Source of the DNA: a virus
Lineage: Duplodnaviria > Caudoviricetes
IMG/VR virus record: IMGVR_UViG_3300025086_000018
Coordinates: 1 to 63,514 of that record
Strand: one strand, 5' to 3'
Length of the DNA stretch: 63,514 nt
Below are positions 35,669 through 46,452 of this stretch, in pieces. The position numbers and the translations under genes are program-made. Below the pieces are notes generated by a model. It was not told where the DNA came from and ran no database searches. It saw only the letters and a list, made by a program, of their open reading frames with translations. Numbering within the stretch: position 1 is the first letter of the stretch; each line of letters opens with the position of its first letter.

Positions 35669-38086
35669 TTAAGATTGATTCAATATACTTTGAAGCGGAT
35701 CTTCTAAATCATCTTGTACCGCTGGATTTTCAAAATCTATCGCATCACCTTGTTTTTGTTTTTGATTAGCAATTGCACTTTGTTGTGTGCCTATAATTCT
35801 TGCTCGTTTATCTTTACGTTCTTCAATATCTTTTTCTCTTTCCTGTTCTCTATTAACCTTTTGTTGCCCTAGCTGCATATTGTAGTTAAACTCTAACTCC
35901 ATTAACTGTCTTTTTATTTGTGCTTCGGCTTCCATCTTTTCTATCGCAAATTGGCTTTTTGCTTTTTCAATCTTAACCTCAGTATCTGCTATAGCTTCTC
36001 GTTTCTGTGCTTCTGCTAATGCAGCTGCTTGTTGAGATTCTGTGTTGGCTTGAGCCTGTGCTTGAATATTTGCTTGTTGAGCAGCTTGTGCCGCTTCAGC
36101 AGCTTTCTTACGTTTAAGCTTAATCATTTGATTAGCTAACTTAAGGTTATTTATCTGCCTAATATCTATCGCATCTTCAAGATTTATACTACCACTTTGT
36201 AATGCAGCTTGTATGTTTTGTTCTAGTTGTTCTTTTTCTAATTCATCAGGAACTAAACTTAAGTATAAACCATAATCATATAAATGCATGTTAACCATAT
36301 CATCTAATTGACCAACGTTCCAAGTTGATATACTATTTTTAAGAGCTTCATTAGTTAATTCAAACTCAATGCTATCGGATGTTCTATTAACTATATTCTC
36401 ACACGTTCTAACAGTAAGATATAAATAAGAATTTAATATATGCTTAGTAGCTGTGTTAGAATTAGCTGCTGCTAGCTTTTGTAAACCTACTAATGAGTCT
36501 GAGTTAGGCATACTACCATCTCTAGCTTCATTTAATCCGGTTACATCTCTAATCATTTGTAAATAGTACTGGTAAGTAGATATAAGAGATTGTACTTTTT
36601 GACCACCAGAACTAGATTGTAATTCTTGTATAGGCATTCTACCAGGATTAGGATCACCTTCTGTTGTCATTGATCTACCTAATATACTACCAGTTTGGAA
36701 ATACATATTTAAAGCTTCTTGTGGATTGTATCTAGTGCCATTACCTAGATCAACCTCTGCTAAACCGTCAACATCCATATAAACACCATCAGGTATTAAC
36801 TTAGATATTACTTGTTGTATTTTTAAATGAGTTAACTGTATCATATCAGCAAAACCCATCATTCTACTTACTAAGCTTTCTATTCTACCCATATATAATT
36901 TAGGAGCGCATATGGTATAATTCATATTAACCTTAACTAAATTAGACTTAGGCCTAGTCATATTTTTACAAAGTTCCCATTTTAAAAGTTCATCGTAACC
37001 TAAAATTTTAGCACCACTATATAGTACTTCTATAGATCTATTAACTTTATCAAAGTTGTCATTTGCTTCTGGATCAAATGTATCTGGTTTTTCTAAAGAC
37101 TTTTCTAAACCTGTTGCGGTTTTCTTTATTTTAAAAGTTTGATTACTATATGTTTTATATTCAAAATATAATACATATATAGCATTACCGTCATTACGAC
37201 CGTTCCAATTATAAAGAAAATTACTATTACCTTGATACCTTTGGATCCTCTCCATGTCAGCATCTGTTAAGTGTGGAAATTCTTTTTTTATTTCTGCTAA
37301 CGTAATATTTTTAACTTCTCCTACATACCACATGTCTTCAAAGTTAGGATCTTCTGTATAAGAATAAACCATCCTTGCTGGATCTACATAATCGACCGTA
37401 ACACCCTCTGCTCTATTCCAGTTTGTTTTAACTGCACCCATCCCTAACACAACTAAATCTTCTATTACTCTACGCTTAGTTAAATAATATTTGTTAAATT
37501 CTAAAGTATTTGTAATAGCTTCTTCACATGCTATTTCACTAGCTTGTTTATAGCTTAGTTGCATATGTAAATCTAATTCTTCTTGATTTTCAGGTAATTC
37601 TTCTGGTTGCTCAGTGTTAAATAAATCTAAACCAATATCACCTTTAAGAATATTTAAAAACTTTTGTGCTTGAATATCTCTTAAAATATCTTCTGCGTAC
37701 TTAGATCTTTGTTTTCTTGATTCTGGATCTTGAGCAAAAGCTTTAACATCATACAGCTTATCATCCATACCATTTACAACAATATCTACAAACTTAGGTA
37801 TAATTGGTACAGGTTTCCAGTCTAGATTTAAGTAAGATAAATCTCCATTTATTGCTAATTCATCTTTATACTTCTGCACAGGTTGTTCAGCTCTAGAATA
37901 AAGTCTACGCATCCTAAAGTTATTGTAATTAGTATTAAACCTGTTTTCAACTCCAGATCTAGTCCCACTAAACCAATCCCCTTCTATAGCCCATGCTACT
38001 TTTTTACCATATTCCCATGTCTCTTTGACTGCATCAGGTACTACCTGATCTGGAAATGAACTATTATTGTTTGTGTAAATCTGCAT
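35669..38086 (-). CDS. Portal protein
   Basis: 805 aa after terminase; PIIPKFVDIVVNG, IRDVTGLNEARDG, long C-terminal Q/A coiled-coil barrel. Confidence 0.85.
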   Translation of the reverse strand: MQIYTNNNSSFPDQVVPDAVKETWEYGKKVAWAIEGDWFSGTRSGVENRFNTNYNNFRMRRLYSRAEQPVQKYKDELAINGDLSYLNLDWKPVPIIPKFVDIVVNGMDDKLYDVKAFAQDPESRKQRSKYAEDILRDIQAQKFLNILKGDIGLDLFNTEQPEELPENQEELDLHMQLSYKQASEIACEEAITNTLEFNKYYLTKRRVIEDLVVLGMGAVKTNWNRAEGVTVDYVDPARMVYSYTEDPNFEDMWYVGEVKNITLAEIKKEFPHLTDADMERIQRYQGNSNFLYNWNGRNDGNAIYVLYFEYKTYSNQTFKIKKTATGLEKSLEKPDTFDPEANDNFDKVNRSIEVLYSGAKILGYDELLKWELCKNMTRPKSNLVKVNMNYTICAPKLYMGRIESLVSRMMGFADMIQLTHLKIQQVISKLIPDGVYMDVDGLAEVDLGNGTRYNPQEALNMYFQTGSILGRSMTTEGDPNPGRMPIQELQSSSGGQKVQSLISTYQYYLQMIRDVTGLNEARDGSMPNSDSLVGLQKLAAANSNTATKHILNSYLYLTVRTCENIVNRTSDSIEFELTNEALKNSISTWNVGQLDDMVNMHLYDYGLYLSLVPDELEKEQLEQNIQAALQSGSINLEDAIDIRQINNLKLANQMIKLKRKKAAEAAQAAQQANIQAQAQANTESQQAAALAEAQKREAIADTEVKIEKAKSQFAIEKMEAEAQIKRQLMELEFNYNMQLGQQKVNREQEREKDIEERKDKRARIIGTQQSAIANQKQKQGDAIDFENPAVQDDLEDPLQSILNQS

Positions 38087-38089
38087 TTA

Positions 38090-40312
38090 TTATATTATTT
38101 GTGAAATAGATCCTGTGTTATTATATTTTTTAAAAGTAAGCGACATAGGTTGTTTAGTAATTTCCATGTTTGGTCTGTATCTATTCTTATTACAAGCCAT
38201 AAGAGCTAGTCCAGAACTAATAGAAGCATCATGCTTTGTTCTATTATTTATATTGAACTTAGCCCAATCACTTAATGTTTCTTGAAAATACATGTCACCA
38301 TTTCCGTCTTCAATTCTACCTACGTAATTCTCTATGTAATGTTCTATTGCCGCAGCGTGTGCTTGTTTAATATCTTCACTAGAGTTAGGTATTCCACCTA
38401 TTTCTTTTTCAGCTACTGATAATTTATTCCACACTTTATCTGGCCTATTCATACTAAAACCTCTGTATCCTCTACGTTTAAAGTAATACAATAGTCTAGG
38501 TTTATTATTTTCTGCTAGTATAGGCATACCATAAAAATGACAAGCCATTAATACGTCTTCAAAAAATATTTCTGCCGTTTGTGGTCTTGATATGTATTCT
38601 AAAAAAAAGTGATTTGGCGGCACATCTTCCATTGAAAACTTAGTTAATCCATGTAGTGCGCCTTTAGATCCTTTACCATCAACAGTTCCTGATATATCGT
38701 AACTATCACAGCCAAACGCTCCAATATGCTCATTACCAGGGTACTTAATACCATTCTTTACTATTACACTGTTTTGTAAGTTTTTAGGTGGAACCCATGA
38801 TATTAAAAATCTACCGTCTTTATTAGGATAAAATGTAACATTAGTATCAATCATACCGTTGTTCCAGCCAAAATTTCCTCTTGTAACAGATTTTTCATTA
38901 GCCATTTCTTCATTATAATCTATCTGCTCGTATATCTTAGTTAAATTGAATAAGGTGTTTTTGTTTTCATCTCTGAAAGCGTGTTGTTCAGTTCTAGGAA
39001 ATTGTCTATAATATTCATTTAAACCATCACTATCGTTTCTTAATCCATCAACCTCGTTTTCCCAGTGCTCGATGACTCCAATATCAATTGGCGCACCATC
39101 AATTCCGAGGATTTTATTTTTTGGCGTAATGAATACAGGTGATCCAAAAGAATCCATGAATCCTTCGTAGTTCCATTCCATAGGGATGAAAAGAGAATAG
39201 AGTCCGCTACTTGTTTGTCCGTTTCTATTTCTTTTTGTAACGTCTGAATTATAATATAATTTCTTGAAGTTGTCTCCACCTTTATCTAATGCATTTGAAG
39301 TTGAGCCCATCATACATTTACCTACGATCCTACGTCCTAGTCTTAATGTAGTTTTTGTAACTCTCCAGTTGTTTAATATGTTGTCAGGTCTTTCCCATTT
39401 ACCACTTTCATCATGGGCTAATAGCTTTAACTTTTCACCATCGTAAGAGTTATCACCTGTATTTTTCCAATCTATAGTCGTGTCAAGACCTTGTAATTCT
39501 TTTAACTTAACATTGTCATCTAGTTTACGTCTAGTAAGTTTTGAAGCTGGGACTCTATATGCCAGTTCGGTCTTAGGACGATCCATACCATCCTGGATCG
39601 GTTTGAAGAAAAACGGATAGTTAACGGATATCGGGACAACTTTATCTGTGAACATTTTCTTAGCATCTGATCCAGTTTTTGAAAGGATGCCGAATCTTGC
39701 ATCACTAGATATTGTGGCTTGGTTAACGAGTTCAGCTGAGGACATAAAGGAGAAACCAGACCGTCTGTTTTTAAGGTAACACATTCCATAACATCTATCA
39801 TCTGCCTTGCATGCTTCCCAAAATATGAAGAAGAGTCTATTTGACTCTCTATAATCGGGAGCTCCGACGTCGATCTTTGACCATTGCAAATACATGTAAT
39901 GAGTACCAGTAATATAAGTGGCCACACCACCATTATAGAACCAATAACCCAGCTCTCTTCGTTTAAATTCTTCATCTATATAATCAAACCATTTTTCTTT
40001 AAAATCTGTAGGATATTCATCCCAATCAAACCTACTCTTAATTTTTGCTAATTCTTTTGGGTAGGGTTGTTTTTGCCAGAACTGTTCCTTCTTGCTTTCG
40101 CTTCGTTTAAACGGTTCACGTTCTGCTGGTAAAGCAATACGGAGGTTTTGAACTTCAATGATCTTTCCAATTTTTCCACTTCTACTTATACAAACAAAGT
40201 CGTAATCAGAGTTATAACCATACTCCCACTTATTATATCTATTATTGGTAGACATGATTTTTTTATTAACCACGTCATCAACTTCTTTCCATAGTGTTTG
40301 TTCATAACTCAT
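38090..40312 (-). CDS. terL: Terminase large subunit
   Basis: Walker A variant KNRRSGFS, Walker B LLAHDESGK, motif III GST, nuclease GCDSYD and HDA. Confidence 0.9.
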   Translation of the reverse strand: MSYEQTLWKEVDDVVNKKIMSTNNRYNKWEYGYNSDYDFVCISRSGKIGKIIEVQNLRIALPAEREPFKRSESKKEQFWQKQPYPKELAKIKSRFDWDEYPTDFKEKWFDYIDEEFKRRELGYWFYNGGVATYITGTHYMYLQWSKIDVGAPDYRESNRLFFIFWEACKADDRCYGMCYLKNRRSGFSFMSSAELVNQATISSDARFGILSKTGSDAKKMFTDKVVPISVNYPFFFKPIQDGMDRPKTELAYRVPASKLTRRKLDDNVKLKELQGLDTTIDWKNTGDNSYDGEKLKLLAHDESGKWERPDNILNNWRVTKTTLRLGRRIVGKCMMGSTSNALDKGGDNFKKLYYNSDVTKRNRNGQTSSGLYSLFIPMEWNYEGFMDSFGSPVFITPKNKILGIDGAPIDIGVIEHWENEVDGLRNDSDGLNEYYRQFPRTEQHAFRDENKNTLFNLTKIYEQIDYNEEMANEKSVTRGNFGWNNGMIDTNVTFYPNKDGRFLISWVPPKNLQNSVIVKNGIKYPGNEHIGAFGCDSYDISGTVDGKGSKGALHGLTKFSMEDVPPNHFFLEYISRPQTAEIFFEDVLMACHFYGMPILAENNKPRLLYYFKRRGYRGFSMNRPDKVWNKLSVAEKEIGGIPNSSEDIKQAHAAAIEHYIENYVGRIEDGNGDMYFQETLSDWAKFNINNRTKHDASISSGLALMACNKNRYRPNMEITKQPMSLTFKKYNNTGSISQII

Positions 40313-40584
40313 TTGCTACGCCCTTCTGCAAAACCTTTAAATACTCTTTCTTCTTTAGTATCTTTAGGTTTTTCAATTAATCTTAGTTCTTCTTCTTCTA
40401 TTCTAGTTAATATTTCAAAAGCATCAAATATAGCTAGCTTTTTAGTAGCGGCAGCATTTTTAAGTCTGTCAGCGCTTACGTCGTCGTCTGAGTCTACGAT
40501 CTTTTCTTTAGCCACCTTAATAAGTTCCTCAACCGCCTTTTGCCCAGCTTGGATTATTTTCTTCTTCGTTTCCTTTGTGTTCAT
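40309..40584 (-). CDS. Putative terminase small subunit
   Basis: 91-aa helical protein overlapping the terL start. Confidence 0.55.
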   Translation of the reverse strand: MNTKETKKKIIQAGQKAVEELIKVAKEKIVDSDDDVSADRLKNAAATKKLAIFDAFEILTRIEEEELRLIEKPKDTKEERVFKGFAEGRSK

Positions 40585-41122
40585 GAGTTAAAGCTATATC
40601 ATTAGATTTCATACAATAAAGACGTTCATCGTCAATAATAAATTCAAATTCGGAGTTTGGTGTAAATATCACAAGTGCTCCAGGTTTCAATCCTACATCC
40701 TCTAAGGACTTATTAGAATATTTTAGTATACCAAAGTGGTGTTGCTCTCTACCTATACTTAGAAATGATTTATCTTTTATAGGTTTTACAAAGCAGTAGT
40801 TTAAATGACATTTTAAATTATACATGTATATCTGATCTAAACTACAGAAATATAAGTCTTCTTTAAAGTACGTTGAACCGTTTCGTTCTTTACCTTTTTG
40901 ATCATACCATCTTCTAAATATGTTATGATGTACATAGACTATATCACCAGTTCTTACGTCAGTATCGAAAGCAGATGGTGTAGAAACAACTACTGCTTTC
41001 TTACTAACAAATTTATGATCTTCAATATTACTATTAACAATAAGATCGTTATCACCAATTTTTCTTGTATTGTTATATCGATCATTGTAAGGTTTTATTA
41101 AAAAATTATATAAAGTTCTCAT
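40529..41122 (-). CDS. GroES-like co-chaperonin with two tandem GroES-type modules
   Basis: FLIKP...AVVVSTP...GDIVYV and CFVKP...GILKY...GLKPGALVIF...MKSNDI. Confidence 0.55.
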   Translation of the reverse strand: MRTLYNFLIKPYNDRYNNTRKIGDNDLIVNSNIEDHKFVSKKAVVVSTPSAFDTDVRTGDIVYVHHNIFRRWYDQKGKERNGSTYFKEDLYFCSLDQIYMYNLKCHLNYCFVKPIKDKSFLSIGREQHHFGILKYSNKSLEDVGLKPGALVIFTPNSEFEFIIDDERLYCMKSNDIALTHEHKGNEEENNPSWAKGG

Positions 41123-41349
41123 TCATACTTAAGATCAAATTCTACCGCTATAGCCATATTACGATTAAATTTTTTCCAAGGTAAAACTTCTTTATTTTTT
41201 TTTATATATATTAAATAATCTCCATCTCCTTGGTCACCAATTATATCGCAAATAGTATGTCCTCCATAAACTTCTTGACCAACCGAATAATGCATAGCAT
41301 CATTTTTGTAATCAGAACCTATACTTATTTTTCTTATTACATTAGACAT
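41119..41349 (-). CDS. Hypothetical protein
   Basis: IRKISIGSDYKNDAMHYSVGQ; overlapping operon. Confidence 0.7.
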   Translation of the reverse strand: MSNVIRKISIGSDYKNDAMHYSVGQEVYGGHTICDIIGDQGDGDYLIYIKKNKEVLPWKKFNRNMAIAVEFDLKYE

Positions 41350-41587
41350 TTTGCAACTCTTCTTCTTTTATATCTTCATAACTACCATCTTCAAGATTAA
41401 TATTAACTTGTCCATATTCTTTTTCAAGATCTTGTTTGTAGTTGTTTATCTCCTCATTCAATTGAGCTAGATTATGTAATAACTGGTGTTTCTGAGATTC
41501 AAGATAACCTATTTCATTTAGTAATTGATTGGTTTTAGTAGCTTGATCTTTAATTTTACTTAATTGTTCTTCTTTAATCTTATTCAT
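41342..41587 (-). CDS. Coiled-coil protein (possible fibre assembly chaperone)
   Basis: Heptad-rich, ends LEKEYGQVNINLEDG. Confidence 0.6.
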   Translation of the reverse strand: MNKIKEEQLSKIKDQATKTNQLLNEIGYLESQKHQLLHNLAQLNEEINNYKQDLEKEYGQVNINLEDGSYEDIKEEELQNV

Positions 41588-41615
41588 TTTATTTAATTTG
41601 ATTTGTATTGTTTTT

Positions 41616-41628
41616 TATATAATCACTT
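41616..41628 (-). promoter_or_regulatory. Putative late promoter AAGTGATTATATA
   Basis: Intergenic, upstream of the packaging operon. Confidence 0.55.
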
Positions 41629-41633
41629 GTTTT

Positions 41634-42233
41634 TTAGAATTTTTCTGTAGCATTAACCTTAGCTAGTATGAAGCTGCCAGTAGGATAATTAAAAGCGTTA
41701 AGTTGTATACCAAAAGCGTTAGATGTGCCAGTACTAGTTGTTAAAGTTCCTTTGCCTTCGTTTGAAGATGAAGCTGCTCCTGTAATTAAAGAACCTTGAT
41801 CATAAGTACCTGTAGCTCTCATTTCACAAACGCCTACAAATTGTACAGCTGTTAAATCTAAAGTATTTAAAGTAACATTGTATGTAAAACCTAAACAGCA
41901 ATCACCGCTAGCACTATATGAACTACCATCTCCAGCGACCATAGTGTTTTGACCTGCTTCTATTCTGTTGTCATTAATACCGGTTCTAGGTGTTACCCAA
42001 GAAAACTGGAATATAAAAGATCCAGCTGTTGATTGAGTAGTAAACATATCTCCAGATTTCATTATGCCTTTATTACCTTTTATACCATCAATCCAAGCCA
42101 TATTGTTTTCCTGTGTTCTATCAAATACAGTTTCACCAGAATTAAAAGTTGGTGAAATTGTTGAACTACTTGCAAAACTAGTAATAGTATCTCTATTTAT
42201 AGAACCGTATACGTGGAATTTTTGAAATGACAT
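41634..42233 (-). CDS. Fibre/spike-associated structural protein
   Basis: S/T/G-rich beta protein in the fibre cluster. Confidence 0.55.
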   Translation of the reverse strand: MSFQKFHVYGSINRDTITSFASSSTISPTFNSGETVFDRTQENNMAWIDGIKGNKGIMKSGDMFTTQSTAGSFIFQFSWVTPRTGINDNRIEAGQNTMVAGDGSSYSASGDCCLGFTYNVTLNTLDLTAVQFVGVCEMRATGTYDQGSLITGAASSSNEGKGTLTTSTGTSNAFGIQLNAFNYPTGSFILAKVNATEKF

Positions 42234-42242
42234 ATATTTATA

Positions 42243-42968
42243 TTAAGCAGATTCAGTGTGTTGTAGTTGTATTGGAATGTTTCTATCTGGTGGAGTAAGC
42301 TCTAAGTATTGCCAAGCAGGAAGCGTAGAACCTTGTAGAACTGGACCAGAGTTTCCAGTGGTTATAGAACTGCTAATGCTATCATCTAACATACCAGCTT
42401 GCTCAAAATTCGTAGATATTTTACAGAAAAAACCTTGCACAACTGTCAAAGATGTTCCAGACGAATTAGTATTAGGTGCTACAAAACCGTTCCAATTACC
42501 CATAAAAGCAATAACCATTCTTGTAGTTCCTTCAGTTGAACTATTGTTTCCTCTTATGGTAAGACCTATACCTCTATCTTGATCGTCAGTAGCATAAGCA
42601 TTTTGTATATAACCATCAAAAGTTGAAAAGTAATCGCTACTATCATCATTGCATTGCATTACATAATAGCCATTTTGCTCATCATTATTTACGCCAGATA
42701 TTTCAGGACATCTTACTCTTTGATATATATCACCGTATGAAGGTATAGGAGGACAGTGACTTAACCTTCCTCTAGTATTACTAGACGTGTCTGTCTGTAT
42801 ATATATCATTTCCACACTTTGAGAATTAGTCCAATTTGTTCCACTATATATCTCAATTAAACCCCAATCGCTATTAAATACAGTATCACCTTCGACCATG
42901 TCTACCATGTCATTAATTTCTTTTAATGTTTTAACGCCATATGTATAAGGTAAATCTTGATAACTCAT
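42243..42968 (-). CDS. Fibre/spike-associated structural protein
   Basis: EGDTVFNSD...IYSG..W fibre-type motif. Confidence 0.55.
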   Translation of the reverse strand: MSYQDLPYTYGVKTLKEINDMVDMVEGDTVFNSDWGLIEIYSGTNWTNSQSVEMIYIQTDTSSNTRGRLSHCPPIPSYGDIYQRVRCPEISGVNNDEQNGYYVMQCNDDSSDYFSTFDGYIQNAYATDDQDRGIGLTIRGNNSSTEGTTRMVIAFMGNWNGFVAPNTNSSGTSLTVVQGFFCKISTNFEQAGMLDDSISSSITTGNSGPVLQGSTLPAWQYLELTPPDRNIPIQLQHTESA

Positions 42969-42969
42969 G

Positions 42970-43677
42970 TTAGTATACTTCTGATTTGTTAAATAATAAA
43001 GCTGTGCAACCTGTCCACTGTTCTGTCAGACTTATAGGTATATCAGTATCTCTTGAAAGAATTCTTCCTACTTGACCAGCTGCATTAGCTTGAGTTATAC
43101 AAACACCTCTACTAAAAGGAACTGTTCCAACATTATCCGTATCATAAAATAATGGTTCTCCATATTCTACTGTACTTGATGTATTGTCTCTTAATGCTGG
43201 TGTTACGCCTGCGACTATTACAGAGGTATAGTTAGCAGAAAAATCTTCATCATTATAAGCAGCTGTAGTTTCTAAAACTATTCCCAATGAAGTATCATTA
43301 GAACTAGGTGAGCTTGAAACTTTCTGTATACAAGCTCTTACATTAGCTAAGCCGCTGCCTGTTCCAGCTGAGCTAGCAGATATTCTACATGGTTCGCCTG
43401 GAATAAAGTTGTGAGTTGAAACATTTAAAGCTAAAGCAATACCATCGCCAAACCAATGGTTATAACCATATATTTTATAGTTAGTTAGTAATCTATGAGC
43501 AACCATATTAACTGTACCACCACCGTCGTTGACTATAGTATAAGGCATTCTGCATATTACTGTATCTAAATCTTGTAGTATATCATCCCATGGAATTGTT
43601 GTAGCTGGACTGAATATATCGTTCCAGTCTACTAAACCGTAGGTAGTTCCTCCTTCTTGTCCAAATGTATAACCCAT
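42970..43677 (-). CDS. Fibre/spike-associated structural protein
   Basis: GE...IS, SLGIV, GEPLF, VGRIL motifs. Confidence 0.55.
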   Translation of the reverse strand: MGYTFGQEGGTTYGLVDWNDIFSPATTIPWDDILQDLDTVICRMPYTIVNDGGGTVNMVAHRLLTNYKIYGYNHWFGDGIALALNVSTHNFIPGEPCRISASSAGTGSGLANVRACIQKVSSSPSSNDTSLGIVLETTAAYNDEDFSANYTSVIVAGVTPALRDNTSSTVEYGEPLFYDTDNVGTVPFSRGVCITQANAAGQVGRILSRDTDIPISLTEQWTGCTALLFNKSEVY

Positions 43678-43678
43678 T

Positions 43679-45241
43679 TTATTTTATAAACCAATTATTA
43701 GTAGATCCATATATGAATTCAAAATATGTATTAACTGCTGGTACTGGCAACCAGTTAGTACTTCTATCAACTTTGTCTATTAAATCACCAGCTGTAGGTG
43801 TAATAACTCTTAATTGATCAGTCTGTGCGTTTTGTGAAGAATACTTAACACCAACTAAATCTCCTACTGAAGGAGAAGAAGGTAACGTTATTACAACAAT
43901 ACCTGTAACATCGCATATAATAAAGTCACCAGCTACAGCGGTATATGAAGCAGTTTTAGTAGTTGGTGTTAAACCACCACCACCACTACCACCTGTTGAT
44001 GCTATTGTTATTTCTGAAGCACTATTTCTAGTTAACGTTATGTTAGCACCTGCTGTAAGTTGAACCGCTGAATCGTCAGTTCCACTTGTTGAATCAAGAT
44101 TAAGAGACACGTTACCACCTGGACCTAAAACTGCAGTGGCATTGAAATCATATGTATCACCAGCCGAAGGCATTGTAACAGTTTTAACATTTGCAGCTGT
44201 AACATGACCTGTGCCATTTGTTGTAACTGTGTCTATAACAGTAAAAGTACCACCACCACCTGGAGAAGCAGAACTAGTTGTATCTGTTCTTGTTGTGTTG
44301 TCATGTTTTATTTCAACCTGCTTGGCTAGTGGTGCACTAGATGTAGTGGTTATATATGTACCTCCAGCAATATCTAAAGTATCTCCATTTGCTATAGCAT
44401 TGTCAGAACCTGCGTCTGCTGCCTGTGTCCATGATGTAGATGCAGCTGCAGCTATAGCATAAGTATTAGCAGCAACATTAGTTATAGTTACATTAGCTCC
44501 TGGTGTAAGAACAGTATTACCTGCTGGTGTACCTGTTAGTGTTTGTAATTCTATTTTACATTGAGTACCAGCACCAGTACTATTGACTAATTGATAAGTG
44601 GTATTAGTATCTGTAGCATCTAAAGTTATATTATCACCACTTACACCTATAGCCATATTAGTACCTGCAACTAGTTTTATAGCACTACTTACGCCACCAC
44701 CTGCGGCAGTTAAATCTATATCAGCATCATTAGAATTCTGGCTTGTAGATAAAGTATATGAAAAATTAGTATCTGTACCTGTTAAAGCTACTTGTTGACT
44801 ACCCGCTATATATGATGCAACTACAGAACCACCACCTACTATTCTAAGACCCGTAGCATCTGTTGCTGTAAATTCCGTTGATCCAGCACCGTTTTTAATT
44901 GGCAAAGAAGTATCATTAGTATCTGTAGCATCAATCTTTAACTCTGAATCACTTTGTCTTGTTATTGTTACATTTGTTCCACCGGTAAATGTTAAAGAAC
45001 CTGAAGCACCACCATATGTATAACCAGTTGGCTGTGTAAAGTCTAAAGTAGGGTTTAATGTTGTTGCGCCTAACCCTATTGAATATGTTGGCCAATTAAG
45101 TATACCTTCAACGTCAGATACTAAAAATTGAACATTATCTGGACCTCCAGAATTATCGTAACCTACAAAGTAAGTACTTGCTCTAGCAGGAGTAAATGAA
45201 CCACCGGGTGCTGTAAATCCTGAAAACTTTATATTTGCCAT
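43679..45241 (-). CDS. Tail fibre protein
   Basis: Repeated G.N(V/I)T(I/L) and DTNT units; C-terminal KTASYTAVAGD...ITLPSSPSVGD module. Confidence 0.75.
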   Translation of the reverse strand: MANIKFSGFTAPGGSFTPARASTYFVGYDNSGGPDNVQFLVSDVEGILNWPTYSIGLGATTLNPTLDFTQPTGYTYGGASGSLTFTGGTNVTITRQSDSELKIDATDTNDTSLPIKNGAGSTEFTATDATGLRIVGGGSVVASYIAGSQQVALTGTDTNFSYTLSTSQNSNDADIDLTAAGGGVSSAIKLVAGTNMAIGVSGDNITLDATDTNTTYQLVNSTGAGTQCKIELQTLTGTPAGNTVLTPGANVTITNVAANTYAIAAAASTSWTQAADAGSDNAIANGDTLDIAGGTYITTTSSAPLAKQVEIKHDNTTRTDTTSSASPGGGGTFTVIDTVTTNGTGHVTAANVKTVTMPSAGDTYDFNATAVLGPGGNVSLNLDSTSGTDDSAVQLTAGANITLTRNSASEITIASTGGSGGGGLTPTTKTASYTAVAGDFIICDVTGIVVITLPSSPSVGDLVGVKYSSQNAQTDQLRVITPTAGDLIDKVDRSTNWLPVPAVNTYFEFIYGSTNNWFIK

Positions 45242-45242
45242 A

Positions 45243-45416
45243 TTAAGGTGCTATTTCGCTTTTCATTAAATTTGTTAAACCTGTCTCTTGAGCTATAAAA
45301 GGATATAGACTATTGTTCTCAGGTATTATAAAAAATGTTTCTGGAGGTGTAACTCCTCCACCGTCTACCTGCTTCCACCAAGGTATAGCATTGACATTGC
45401 CTTGAGTGGTAGGCAT
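45243..45416 (-). CDS. Small hypothetical structural protein (57 aa, not in ORF track)
   Basis: MPTTQGNVNAIPWWKQ...; fills the gap exactly. Confidence 0.6.
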   Translation of the reverse strand: MPTTQGNVNAIPWWKQVDGGGVTPPETFFIIPENNSLYPFIAQETGLTNLMKSEIAP

Positions 45417-45985
45417 TAGTAAAGAGCTATTATTTCTAAATCACTATCACTACCAGCAGCGCTTGTCCAAGCAACAACTTTCTTAACCAATATTGGTAGA
45501 AATGTTCCAGCTTTAACACCTATAAAATTAGCTGTGTGAGCTGGTCCAGAAGTAGCATATAAATTACCAGATTCCATAACTACCGATAGTTCAGTTAAAT
45601 CTGCTGTAACATATAAACTAGCTCCTCTAACATCTGTGTCTGGTAAATTAGTCTCTGTTACAAAAGCTGAAAATCCAGTTCCAGTACCTGAAGTTGCACT
45701 TTGACTATATGATGTACCTATAGTACCACCTTTACCGTAAGGTTGAGAACCTGAAGCAGTAGAGTTAGGTACTAGCATAACACCAGTGACTACTCCTTCA
45801 ATAGCTTCTGTTACTTTTAAATCACAAGCTACAGTAGCTAGTGTAATAATATCTCCTGCATTGTGTCCTGTTCCACCTGCGTTTATTTCTACTTTACTAA
45901 CTGAGTCTAAAGCCACCGGTATAGCATCATGCCCAAATACCCTAGCTTGTGCAGCCCAATTACCTTGTACACTTGTACTTGCCAT
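45416..45985 (-). CDS. Structural protein
   Basis: GGTGHNAGDIIT insert; GASLYV...AGTFLPILVKKV...IALY. Confidence 0.6.
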   Translation of the reverse strand: MASTSVQGNWAAQARVFGHDAIPVALDSVSKVEINAGGTGHNAGDIITLATVACDLKVTEAIEGVVTGVMLVPNSTASGSQPYGKGGTIGTSYSQSATSGTGTGFSAFVTETNLPDTDVRGASLYVTADLTELSVVMESGNLYATSGPAHTANFIGVKAGTFLPILVKKVVAWTSAAGSDSDLEIIALY

Positions 45986-45990
45986 CGTTT

Positions 45991-46452
45991 TTAATTTTTA
46001 ATTTTTGTTATTTTTTCAGCACCTCTAGATCCAAAGTATGCTACATATACTGTAAGTAGTAAGGCTTCTAATAATGAAACCCAACCTTCTTTTATTTCTA
46101 ATAGTATAGTTGAATCTAATACTATAAATATTGTCATAGCTAAAGTAAGAAATATAAGCGTCATAGGTCTTGTGTTCTTACTTAGCCATGAATCACTCTT
46201 CATATCACTAGCCCATCTCTCTGAGATATTATTCATCTCAGCTATGTCTTGTTCTAAAAGTTTCATAGCCATTTCCTTATCAGCGGCTTTAATACTTTTA
46301 TCATTTGTTATAAGATTTTTTACTATACCATATGCACCATTATCTGGCAATATATCTCCTACAGCATTTAAAATCTTAGGTGCTTTGTTTTTAAGAAAAG
46401 CACCTATCTTTGTATCTTTGAATTTTTTCTTATTCTTTGAGTTAGTTTTCAT
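45991..46452 (-). CDS. Holin-like membrane protein (3TM GTA-holin type)
   Basis: SWLSKNTRP, two hydrophobic helices, AYFGSRG.EK. Confidence 0.7.
   Translation of the reverse strand: MKTNSKNKKKFKDTKIGAFLKNKAPKILNAVGDILPDNGAYGIVKNLITNDKSIKAADKEMAMKLLEQDIAEMNNISERWASDMKSDSWLSKNTRPMTLIFLTLAMTIFIVLDSTILLEIKEGWVSLLEALLLTVYVAYFGSRGAEKITKIKN

Noticed and set aside
41634-45241. Diversity-generating retroelement acting on fibre genes
   Set aside because: No reverse transcriptase and no TR/VR repeat pair seen
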